Positions 20,885 to 29,367 of a stretch of 64,000 nucleotides of DNA are shown piece by piece. A program made the translations under genes and the position numbers. Numbering within the stretch: the stretch's first letter is position 1; the number at the start of each line of letters is the position of its first letter. The notes beneath the pieces were generated by a model that was given only the letters and a program-made list of their open reading frames with translations, had not been told where the DNA came from and did no database searches. Origin of the DNA: Spirochaetota bacterium (GTDB lineage Bacteria; Spirochaetota; UBA4802; UBA5550). The stretch spans positions 544,001-608,000 of the forward strand of contig CAXXHB010000003.1 of the NCBI GenBank assembly GCA_963664815.2, given 5' to 3'.

Positions 20885-22969
20885 ATGAAATACCTATATC
20901 CTGTAATGGCAGGAGTTTTTTTACTTCTGTCAATAATGTTTTTCGCGTTTTTTCTTATGACGGCGGAAGCTGCGGAGTTTCCTGACAATCTGTTTTTCAG
21001 AAGTCTTGAACAGGGTTTTTCTTATGAATATCTTTATGCACTGAAAGACGGTAAAATATGGATAAAACCGAATACCGGGAATACAGGTGTTAAAGGGGAG
21101 TGGGGGCTCTTTAATAAAACCGGAGTCCCTTCCGGCAAAGAGGCTGCCTCTTTCACTGATACTGACAGGATTGTACAGTTTTCAACTGAAGGAACAATGA
21201 TAGCTGCAGTTTCAAGCCGTGGGAGATTCTATATATGGCAGCCGACATTCACGGGAGAGACTGTATGGCGTGATGAAACAGGCGCACCTTTTGAGGATGC
21301 CTTATATCTTCCTGAAAACAGGATCTGGTGCTTTTCCTTCAGCACTATGAGAGCTCCCTGGAAGAGAGAGACCCCCATGCATGAAAATGATATTGTATCA
21401 TACTGGGAGGATGCAGACGGAAATAAAACCGAGTTCGGATTCACAGCAACAATTTACTCCGTCACTAAGGACGGGCAGAGAATCAGATATACAGATACCG
21501 GACTGCCAACTTCGTGGAACAGGGCATTCACGTCGCCTGAACGCGGGAAATTTATCATAGAAAATATGAGCGCTTCAGCATCAACAGTTTTTGTCATTAA
21601 TAAAACAGGTAAGATGTATACAAGAATGCTCGATTTCGAACTTGAGGGGGGATGCCCTGCTTTGAGGTATGTTTACAATAGTGAGAAAAGAACTAAAGGT
21701 GACGATGTCGCCCCCCTTATGACATCTATCCGGACTCTTCCTCTTCCCGGCTGGCGTGAACAGGAACCTGTCAGAGAAGTACTCAATGATCAGAAAATGA
21801 AACATGGCAAAGCTGCCCTGACAAAGAAAATTACAATTCTTCTCACAGGTAAAGGGAATGCCGCGCGAGAACTGAGAGTTCAGGGACGCGATAGCAAAGG
21901 GAATTACGGATACTGGAAGAAGATGGTATCCGGCAGCAGATGGGAATTTGTTGTTACCGGAGAAAAATTCAGAGAAAGCGATATTATAAAAAATTATATG
22001 AGCAGGGCAGCTGAGGGTAAAACACTGGATATGAATTACACAGGTAAACTGATGAAATCCGGTGAAGCAGATCTGCATGTGGAACTTCTGGGATTTTATT
22101 ATTACAGCACCCCTGCTGTATTAAGGATTCATTTAAATAACAGGTTTTTTGATCTGAAATTTCATACGGTGGATCTGTGGAGCCCAACTGTTCAGAAAAA
22201 ATATTTTCCGGAGCTGATCGGAAGCCCTGACGGCGAACCAAAGCTGCTTCAGGGGACAATTGAATTTCCCGATAACATTCTTGATTCACCCGATCCTTAT
22301 ATAAAGAATATTGCTGATAATTATTTCCGGCAATTCAACAGGCAGCCTGTTGCTTTTACTGTAACCGCAGATGACAGGAGAGTATTTATCCGGAGCAAAA
22401 CTCTTCAGCGCAGTCTGGATAAAAAGATGGACTACGAATTTCGTGACTGCATTAAAATCGATCTGGTTAATGAGGATTACCACGGGAAATCTGATACTGA
22501 AGGCTTTTTTACATCGATAGCAGTTAATCCTGATCTTGAACTGATTTCAGACATTTCTGATATGACAAAAAAAGATGTACCGCTTTTATTTAAGCTTATT
22601 GAACTTAATCAGAATGCGCTGGATGAAATTCAAAACCGGAATAAAAATCTTAAGAGTGCAAGCTGTACATCGGGCTGTGTTTCGTTATGCATATTGCCGG
22701 TCTACTATATATTTAATGGATGTGTAAGTATAACAGGTCTGCCTCACTGGGATCTAAGCGGTTCTTCGCCCGGTATTGCTGAAAATGTTACACAGCTCGG
22801 AGGAGTCTCATACACAGGCGGGACACCACTTAAAGAATATGCGGCTATGAATCTCAATGAGGCTTTCAAAGATTCTGATGATTATAAACGGGCAGTTAAA
22901 ATAGTAAAAGATCGTTTATATAAACTGGATAAACTCTGTAAAGACCTGTCGGATAAGTCTGATAAATAA
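20885..22969 (+). CDS. Large exported hypothetical protein
   Basis: 694-aa ORF with hydrophobic N-terminus and Trp/Gly-rich beta segments; no family recognised. Confidence 0.75.
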   Translation: MKYLYPVMAGVFLLLSIMFFAFFLMTAEAAEFPDNLFFRSLEQGFSYEYLYALKDGKIWIKPNTGNTGVKGEWGLFNKTGVPSGKEAASFTDTDRIVQFSTEGTMIAAVSSRGRFYIWQPTFTGETVWRDETGAPFEDALYLPENRIWCFSFSTMRAPWKRETPMHENDIVSYWEDADGNKTEFGFTATIYSVTKDGQRIRYTDTGLPTSWNRAFTSPERGKFIIENMSASASTVFVINKTGKMYTRMLDFELEGGCPALRYVYNSEKRTKGDDVAPLMTSIRTLPLPGWREQEPVREVLNDQKMKHGKAALTKKITILLTGKGNAARELRVQGRDSKGNYGYWKKMVSGSRWEFVVTGEKFRESDIIKNYMSRAAEGKTLDMNYTGKLMKSGEADLHVELLGFYYYSTPAVLRIHLNNRFFDLKFHTVDLWSPTVQKKYFPELIGSPDGEPKLLQGTIEFPDNILDSPDPYIKNIADNYFRQFNRQPVAFTVTADDRRVFIRSKTLQRSLDKKMDYEFRDCIKIDLVNEDYHGKSDTEGFFTSIAVNPDLELISDISDMTKKDVPLLFKLIELNQNALDEIQNRNKNLKSASCTSGCVSLCILPVYYIFNGCVSITGLPHWDLSGSSPGIAENVTQLGGVSYTGGTPLKEYAAMNLNEAFKDSDDYKRAVKIVKDRLYKLDKLCKDLSDKSDK

Positions 22970-23002
22970 AACGCTGGTTCAGCAGAGTTGAAACCAGCGT
23001 TT
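22969..23002. terminator. Bidirectional intrinsic terminator
   Basis: AAACGCTGGTT...AACCAGCGTTT 11-bp inverted repeat between convergent genes. Confidence 0.7.
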
Positions 23003-23028
23003 GTTTAAGTATATTTTATAAAGTAAAG

Positions 23029-24831
23029 TCAGGGTTTAATCACATCCGATAGTGTAAGGTCATCAGCTTTAAGAATCACGATGGTCTTGTCCTCTCTGTT
23101 GATATAAATGGATTTATCGAAGAAAGTAATAAAGGTATTCTGGTTTACCTTCTCAGATGATTTTGCTATGATTTTGAGGTCAGTGTTGAATTTAGCAAGA
23201 TAGAAATTTTCCTGCTCTTTAACTATAGCATATATATTACCATCTTTGATTTCTATAAAACTTCTCCAGAAAATATTATCCTCGCCGGTCTTTATCTCTT
23301 TCAGCGTTGTTCTGTCCAGAAGTGTCAGTCTGTGACCAGCCTTATGATCTCCTGTGTGTGTTATAACGGCTATTCCTCCCGAGAAAACATCATATCTTCT
23401 GCCGCAGATATTTGTTACAGGCGATTTGAAATCGACTTTTTTTGTCTGGGTATTTATCATGTACATTGTGTTGTTGTAATGACCACCTTCGAGATATTCT
23501 TTCACTTCAAGGTAGTAAATTTTAAGCCCGAATACTCCATCGCCCGAATTTTTGTCCTTGAGCGTATCCTCCCTTTTGTCGAGCTCTTTCTCTTTTTCCT
23601 TCAGTGTCTCCTCTTTCTTTTTCAACTCTTCATCTTTGAGAGGTGTTTTTTCTTCGGTCTTCTCTTTTTTTGTTTCTTCAGGTTTCTTTTTGTCTGTCTT
23701 CTTTTCTTCAGTTTTCTTGTCACCGGTGTCCTTTGTTGTTTCAGTTGTTTTACCTTTATCACCCTCACCGGTATCTGTTTTTTCTTTTTTTACCTCTTCC
23801 TCTTTTTTTATGGTTTCTTCTTCTTTCTTCTCTACAACCTTTTCCTCTTTTTTAACATCCTCTTCTTTTTTTACGATTTTCTTTTCGTCTTCAGTAACTT
23901 TTTTTTCCTCTTTTTTTACCTCTTCCTCTTTTTCCGTTATCTCTTTTTCCTTCTCTTTTCTTTTCTCAGGATCCTTAATTTTTGAAGTCTCTTCCTTCTC
24001 TTTTTTTATCTCTTCTTTTTTCTTTTCAGTTTCAGTTTTCTTCTCTTCTATCTTTTTTTTGTCATCAGCTACTTCTTTCTTCTTCTCTTCAATTTTCTTT
24101 TTATCTTCAACAATGTCTTTTTTCGATTTATCTATCTCTTTTTCTTTGATGGTTATCAGTTCGTCTGTAGATGTTTTATTGCCGCCATCTTTTTTTATCT
24201 CCTCTTTGACCTTGTCATCTGAGATTATAAATGGATCAATGCCGCCGATTTCCCCGCGTTTGCTCTCCTCTGTAAGCGGAATAACAATGGCAGTTTTACC
24301 AGGCCAGTCACTGTATCGTGTTGATATTCCCGCGTTCTTTTTTGTTAAATATTTGGTGACTGCTGCACTGTATTTTGATGAAAAATAATCTGTATTTCCC
24401 CTGTACAAAGCGTTGTAGTATGTAGTGTAAAGAGCAACCGCATCAGCCTCTTTCCCTGTGTATCCATACATACTTTCAAGATAGGCCGAGATCATTCTTC
24501 TGACATTCTGTATATGATCAACTCTGGCATCCTTATCTATAAAGAAGATGTCAGCGGAAAACTTTTCTTTATCATTTACTGCCAGAGCCCGCACGACGGA
24601 ATACTTCATATAATATTTAAAAGGGGTATCCGGTTCACCTTTTTTTACGGAATGAGAGAGCCTGTATCCGACAGATTTTATTTCACTGATGCTTTCAAAC
24701 TTACCCCCTTTTCCTGTATAGTTGGTAAAATTTACTTTTTTACTCTTTGATATTTCATCAATGTCTACCTCAATTGAAAAAAGTGAGGTAGTAAACAGCA
24801 GGATGATTACTGCAAATAAGTACTTTTTCAT
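23029..24831 (-). CDS. P83/100-family spirochaete protein with Lys/Glu-rich coiled coil
   Basis: Signal peptide, then IEVD, VNFTNYTG, VDHIQNVRRMISAYL and YNALYRG motifs recalled from Borrelia P83/100; central K/E low-complexity tract. Confidence 0.8.
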   Translation of the reverse strand: MKKYLFAVIILLFTTSLFSIEVDIDEISKSKKVNFTNYTGKGGKFESISEIKSVGYRLSHSVKKGEPDTPFKYYMKYSVVRALAVNDKEKFSADIFFIDKDARVDHIQNVRRMISAYLESMYGYTGKEADAVALYTTYYNALYRGNTDYFSSKYSAAVTKYLTKKNAGISTRYSDWPGKTAIVIPLTEESKRGEIGGIDPFIISDDKVKEEIKKDGGNKTSTDELITIKEKEIDKSKKDIVEDKKKIEEKKKEVADDKKKIEEKKTETEKKKEEIKKEKEETSKIKDPEKRKEKEKEITEKEEEVKKEEKKVTEDEKKIVKKEEDVKKEEKVVEKKEEETIKKEEEVKKEKTDTGEGDKGKTTETTKDTGDKKTEEKKTDKKKPEETKKEKTEEKTPLKDEELKKKEETLKEKEKELDKREDTLKDKNSGDGVFGLKIYYLEVKEYLEGGHYNNTMYMINTQTKKVDFKSPVTNICGRRYDVFSGGIAVITHTGDHKAGHRLTLLDRTTLKEIKTGEDNIFWRSFIEIKDGNIYAIVKEQENFYLAKFNTDLKIIAKSSEKVNQNTFITFFDKSIYINREDKTIVILKADDLTLSDVIKP

Positions 24832-25542
24832 TTTAGTCTCCTGAATAATGATAAATAACGGTCACAAAGGGCTTTGCTGAAGCATATTGTCAGATGGCCC
24901 TATGAAAACACTATTTATATAATGCCCATTTAAGAGGCTTGCTGGAGTTAATATACTCAATAAGATAATATTACAACAAAAAATTTTAATAATATTTGAA
25001 GTTGCAGCCCTGCAAAATATACTGTGAGCTGATTTCCTACCATGTATTTTATGTTGGGCTTAACAGAGAAAACGTACACTAACGTAATTTAAATTGTGCA
25101 TCAACTGAATCAGATGCAAATCACGGTAGATTTATGATAAATTCCAGGCTATCTTCACAGAAAAGTCAATTTCGCTTCAATTCCGCCTCAAACATCTTAC
25201 TGACAGTTACGAACACGCATTTTTCTCTGTCGGTAACGGTATTGAAACGGTATTGAAGCGGTTTTTAACAGGATCTTCATACCGCTTAAGTCCTGTTTTA
25301 ACAGATTTACTTTTATCTTTTACTGAATTAATATCATTCTTTTCAGTTAATTAATTGGTAAATGATAAAGTAGTAAAGCTTTGAAAAGCGGGTAACAGGA
25401 TTCAAAACGCTCAAAATGGAGTGTTTTTTTGCATCAGCGGCATACCCAAAAGGCTTTCTACTTGACGTGATATTTTGTTTTTAATAAATAGAATGAATAT
25501 TTTTATTATTCAATTTACCATCCAGGGGCATTATATTTAATT

Positions 25543-26175
25543 ATGGCAAGAACAAAGGCATATCTCTTTGATTTTGATGGTACACTCGTTGATACAATGT
25601 CAGGTTTTGCAGACATTGCGGCGAGGGTAATTAACCAGTTTAATCCTGAAATAACGCGTGACAAAGCCAGAGAGAGGTATCTTGAAACATCGGGGAATCC
25701 GTTTTTTCAACAGCTGGAGATTATTACTCCGGGAGATCCCAACAATAAAGAGAAGGCGAGGATTTTTGAGGAAACCAAAATTGAAGGTTTCTTTAACTCC
25801 TATTTTACTACGGAAGTAAAGGATACAATAAATATGCTCAGGGCGCAGGGGCATATAGCCGGTATAGCATCAAATAATTTTCAGGAACTTATTGACAGGT
25901 TTGTCGCCAGCGAAAAACTTGATTTTGACATTGTACTTGGTTTCAGAGAGGGTTTTGAAAAGGGTCCCATGCATTTTAATTATGTAAGGGAGAGGTTCAA
26001 CCTGGAAAAAGAGGATCTTACGTTTGTGGGTGATTCTCTCAAAGATGCGGAGAAGGCATTTTCCTACGGCATAAGATTTGTAGGCATATGCGGTACTTTT
26101 AAGAGAAGTGATTTTCTGAAAGTGCGCAGTGATATTGTAACTATTCAATCTATAAAGGAACTATTATACATATGA
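25543..26175 (+). CDS. HAD-superfamily hydrolase
   Basis: FDFDGTLVD motif I, ASNN, VGDSLKD. Confidence 0.88.
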   Translation: MARTKAYLFDFDGTLVDTMSGFADIAARVINQFNPEITRDKARERYLETSGNPFFQQLEIITPGDPNNKEKARIFEETKIEGFFNSYFTTEVKDTINMLRAQGHIAGIASNNFQELIDRFVASEKLDFDIVLGFREGFEKGPMHFNYVRERFNLEKEDLTFVGDSLKDAEKAFSYGIRFVGICGTFKRSDFLKVRSDIVTIQSIKELLYI

Positions 26176-26906
26176 GAGCGATTGTACTTGCTGCAGGAAC
26201 AGGAAGCAGGCTTGGCGAGATTACAAAGGCCAGAACAAAGGGGATGGTTCCCGTAAAGGGGAAAAAACTGATTGATTATCTCCTTGAGTTTTTTGAAAGG
26301 GATTTCTTTGATGAGATCATCGTAGTGGGGGGGTTCTGCTATGAAGACCTTAAAAACCACATTGAATCTTTGAATTACAGGAATGTAAGAGTAATAGAGA
26401 ATAAAAATTATCTCAAGGGGAACATCTTCACTCTTGTTACAGCCCTTAATGAATTCAAAAACGACTCGTTTTTAATAACAAACGTTGATCATATATACCC
26501 TCCGGTGATGTTTAAAAAGATGAAGGAGTCGATGTCCGGCATCACCGGGATGTGCGATTTTGACAGGGAGCTTGGGATGGATGACATGAAGGTCAAGCTT
26601 GGAGACAATAAGCATAAAATTGAGTTTATCAGTAAACAGCTGACCGATTTTGACTGCGGATATATCGGTATGACTTATGTTGATATAACCTGCGAAAGCT
26701 ATTACAGGGCATCTGTTGAGAATACTATTGGTAAGGTGGGTGAAAAGGCTGTAGTTGAAAATGTTCTTCAGCTTATGTCGGAGGAGGGAGTTAACTCTCC
26801 GAATATCTGTGATCTTTCAGGTTTCGGCTGGTACGAGGTTGATACATGGGAAGATCTTCAGAAGGCCGAAGCCGGCCTTTCTAAAGACCAGAATTTTATT
26901 AAATGA
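26172..26906 (+). CDS. NTP transferase (LicC/IPCT-like cytidylyltransferase family)
   Basis: AIVLAAGTGSRL, DDMKV, GYIGMT and WYEVDTWEDL motifs; ATGA overlaps on both sides. Confidence 0.8.
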   Translation: MRAIVLAAGTGSRLGEITKARTKGMVPVKGKKLIDYLLEFFERDFFDEIIVVGGFCYEDLKNHIESLNYRNVRVIENKNYLKGNIFTLVTALNEFKNDSFLITNVDHIYPPVMFKKMKESMSGITGMCDFDRELGMDDMKVKLGDNKHKIEFISKQLTDFDCGYIGMTYVDITCESYYRASVENTIGKVGEKAVVENVLQLMSEEGVNSPNICDLSGFGWYEVDTWEDLQKAEAGLSKDQNFIK

Positions 26907-27421
26907 GGTTTCGTATGTCTCACAGTTTGGTATATTACGGAAGTGAAATTCTTGCGGCTGTAGCAGAGAGAGTGGATAATATTGACGATGATGTTGTCTC
27001 CATTGTTAAGGAGATGTTTGACATAATGTACAGGGAAAAGGGTATAGGTCTTGCCGCTCCGCAGATAAGTATTGCAAGAAGGATTATTGTTATTGATACA
27101 GACGAAGACCGGAGAAGTAAACTGGCCCTTATCAACCCGGAGATAAAGGAATTTTCCAACAGGGTTGAACCGTATGAGGAGGGATGTCTTTCACTGCCCG
27201 GGCTTAACGCGGATGTAATAAGACCAGTTGAAATTCTTGTAACAGGGTTCACTACTAAAGGGGAAGCGGTTGAAGTTGAAGCATCCGGACTGGTTGCCAG
27301 AGTATTGCAGCACGAGATCGATCATCTTAACGGAATACTCTTCATCGACAGAATTGAGAAGTATATAAAGGATGAGTTCAGGACTGAACTTAAAAAGATA
27401 AAGAAACTGAACAAAAAGTAA
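26903..27421 (+). CDS. def: Peptide deformylase
   Basis: GIGLAAPQI, EEGCLS, QHEIDHLNG. Confidence 0.96.
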   Translation: MRFRMSHSLVYYGSEILAAVAERVDNIDDDVVSIVKEMFDIMYREKGIGLAAPQISIARRIIVIDTDEDRRSKLALINPEIKEFSNRVEPYEEGCLSLPGLNADVIRPVEILVTGFTTKGEAVEVEASGLVARVLQHEIDHLNGILFIDRIEKYIKDEFRTELKKIKKLNKK

Positions 27422-27466
27422 ATACATGTTTTGACGGAAAAGATGTGTGGATAGTGAATATGTTTG

Positions 27467-27695
27467 CTTCGACGAAGCGGCTGGCGAGCCTGTCGAACTA
27501 CAGCAAGCGTGTGGGCAGGGTATGTGCATGATTTGACAGAGCGGCTGGTGAGCTTGTCGAACTACAGTAAAAGCGCGGGTAGTGTATGTGCATGCTTCGA
27601 CTCCGCTCAGCAAGCGTGTGGGCAGTGAGCTTTTGAATTCATGTGTGGGATGCTCATCAAGCGGCTTGTACCGAGCGTAGCCGAAGTAAGTCGAA
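27467..27695. repeat. Degenerate ~63-bp tandem repeat containing REP-like palindromic elements
   Basis: AGCGGCTGGyGAGCyTGTCGAACTACAG...TATGTGCATG at 27477 and 27540; CAGCAAGCGTGTGGGCAG at 27501 and 27608; CTTCGACTCCGCTCAG and GAGCGTAGCCGAAG. Confidence 0.65.
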
Positions 27696-27770
27696 ATGAG
27701 CGGTTTATGATTCGGAAGATGGCTTTTAATTTGTAACAGAGAAATATGCAGTGATAAAACAACAGGTAAT

Positions 27771-28700
27771 ATGAAAGTAGGATTTTTCGGTACACCGGAC
27801 ATAGCGTCACATGTATTACAGAGATTGTGCAGGGAACACGAGGTGGTGTTTCTTGTCGCGCCTGAGGATAAAAGGTGCGGCAGAAACCTGAAGGTGCAGC
27901 ATTGCTCTTCAAAGGAACTTGCCGCATGTGAGGATATTCCTGTACTTCAGCCGAAAAGCCTGAAAAACACTGAGTTTCCTGAAGAACTGAAACAGTACAG
28001 TGCCGATATATTTGTCGTTGTAGCTTATGGGAAGCTCATTCCTCGGGCTGTCTTTGCGCTTCCTGAACTCGGTACAATAAATCTTCATCCATCTCTGCTC
28101 CCACAGTACCGGGGAGCCGCCCCTGTCGAGTGGGCCATCATGAACGGGGAGAAGGAGACCGGTGTAACAGTTCAGATGATAAACGAGGAACTTGACGCTG
28201 GAGATATAGTGCTTCAGGAGAAAATAGAACTCAGCGAAAATATAAACTCCGGTGAGCTCTATGATCTGGTGATGCCACTGGGAGAGAAACTGGTTATGAA
28301 GTCGATGGAACTGCTTTCGCAGGGCAACCATAAACTTATTCCTCAGGATCATGTTAAGGCAACTTACTGCGCGAAAATTGACAGAGAGACAGCGCATATT
28401 ACGTGGAGTAAAAGTTCATCCGGAATACATAACCTGGTTCGCGGATTAAACCCGAAACCTGCGGCATGGACTACTTTCAGAAAAATGAACATGAAGATAT
28501 GGAGAACGCTCCCGTTTACTGAAGAGGCACCAGAACTTCAGCCCGGAGAGGTAATGAAGTTTAACAAAAAGAGACTTCTTGCAGGTTCCGGAAGCGGTAT
28601 AATTGAGATTCTCGAAATTCAGCCTGAAAATAAAAAGAGAATGGACGCACTTGCATTTATAAACGGCTACAGGCTTGCTGAAAAGGAATTTTTTGAGTAA
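27771..28700 (+). CDS. fmt: Methionyl-tRNA formyltransferase
   Basis: FFGTPD, VVAYGKLI, NLHPSLLPQYRGAAP, LDAGD. Confidence 0.96.
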   Translation: MKVGFFGTPDIASHVLQRLCREHEVVFLVAPEDKRCGRNLKVQHCSSKELAACEDIPVLQPKSLKNTEFPEELKQYSADIFVVVAYGKLIPRAVFALPELGTINLHPSLLPQYRGAAPVEWAIMNGEKETGVTVQMINEELDAGDIVLQEKIELSENINSGELYDLVMPLGEKLVMKSMELLSQGNHKLIPQDHVKATYCAKIDRETAHITWSKSSSGIHNLVRGLNPKPAAWTTFRKMNMKIWRTLPFTEEAPELQPGEVMKFNKKRLLAGSGSGIIEILEIQPENKKRMDALAFINGYRLAEKEFFE

Positions 28701-28812
28701 TCCCGGCGCCCGTAAGGTCGCAGAAATTGCTCTGTTTTCTCCGGGGGTGCATGGAGTGAATAATAAGGTATTTATTTTAAATTAAATCGCAGATTTCTGA
28801 ATCGGATAAATA

Positions 28813-29163
28813 ATGGGCTATAAAGACAGGGATATAAACAGAAAAAGGGAGAGGCGCAGCAGTGTCAGGCAATCGGTGATTTCATCGGATGCCGATGACA
28901 AGATGAACAGGGAAAAAAACAAAGCAAGAGAGCTCCGGGAGTCCGCCTGGTGGAAATCCAGAATTTCATCCGGTAAATGCTATTATTGCGGCGGTATTTT
29001 CAAACCATCAGAATTGACTATGGATCACAAAATTCCCCTTTCCAGGGGCGGTATTTCTGAAAAAATGAATATTGTTCCTGCCTGCAAAGAATGTAACAAC
29101 AAAAAGAAGTATATGCTCCCTACCGAATGGGAAGAATATATGAATATATTAAAAAATCATTAA
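28813..29163 (+). CDS. Small HNH endonuclease (McrA-like Zn-binding)
   Basis: CYYC...LTMDHKIPLSRGG...NIVPACKECNNKK. Confidence 0.9.
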   Translation: MGYKDRDINRKRERRSSVRQSVISSDADDKMNREKNKARELRESAWWKSRISSGKCYYCGGIFKPSELTMDHKIPLSRGGISEKMNIVPACKECNNKKKYMLPTEWEEYMNILKNH

Positions 29164-29367
29164 AATTTATTATTTTTTTATTGTAAAAAATATTTTACCG
29201 ATTATATAATCAGGTGGTATTTTTACTTATTTCAATACTGCTGCAACTGGTGTGAAAGCATAAGTCACCCATCTTTGGGCTTTGTGCATCATTTTGGTGA
29301 TATTTTTTAATTTGATAAGAATATAAATTATCGTTCTACATACTCCACCGGTTTATCGGAGGGGGTT

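Noticed and set aside
23332-24388. Phe/Ser-rich plus-strand ORFs (217 and 278 aa)
   Set aside because: Antisense shadows of the K/E-rich tract of the P83/100-like gene.
25237-25262. ATTGAAAC, a CRISPR repeat-like 3' end
   Set aside because: Only an 11-bp tandem duplication; no repeat-spacer periodicity.
27191-27927. Minus-strand ORFs of 203 and 106 aa across def-fmt
   Set aside because: They overlap def and fmt antisense, run through the repeat region and show no recognisable motifs.
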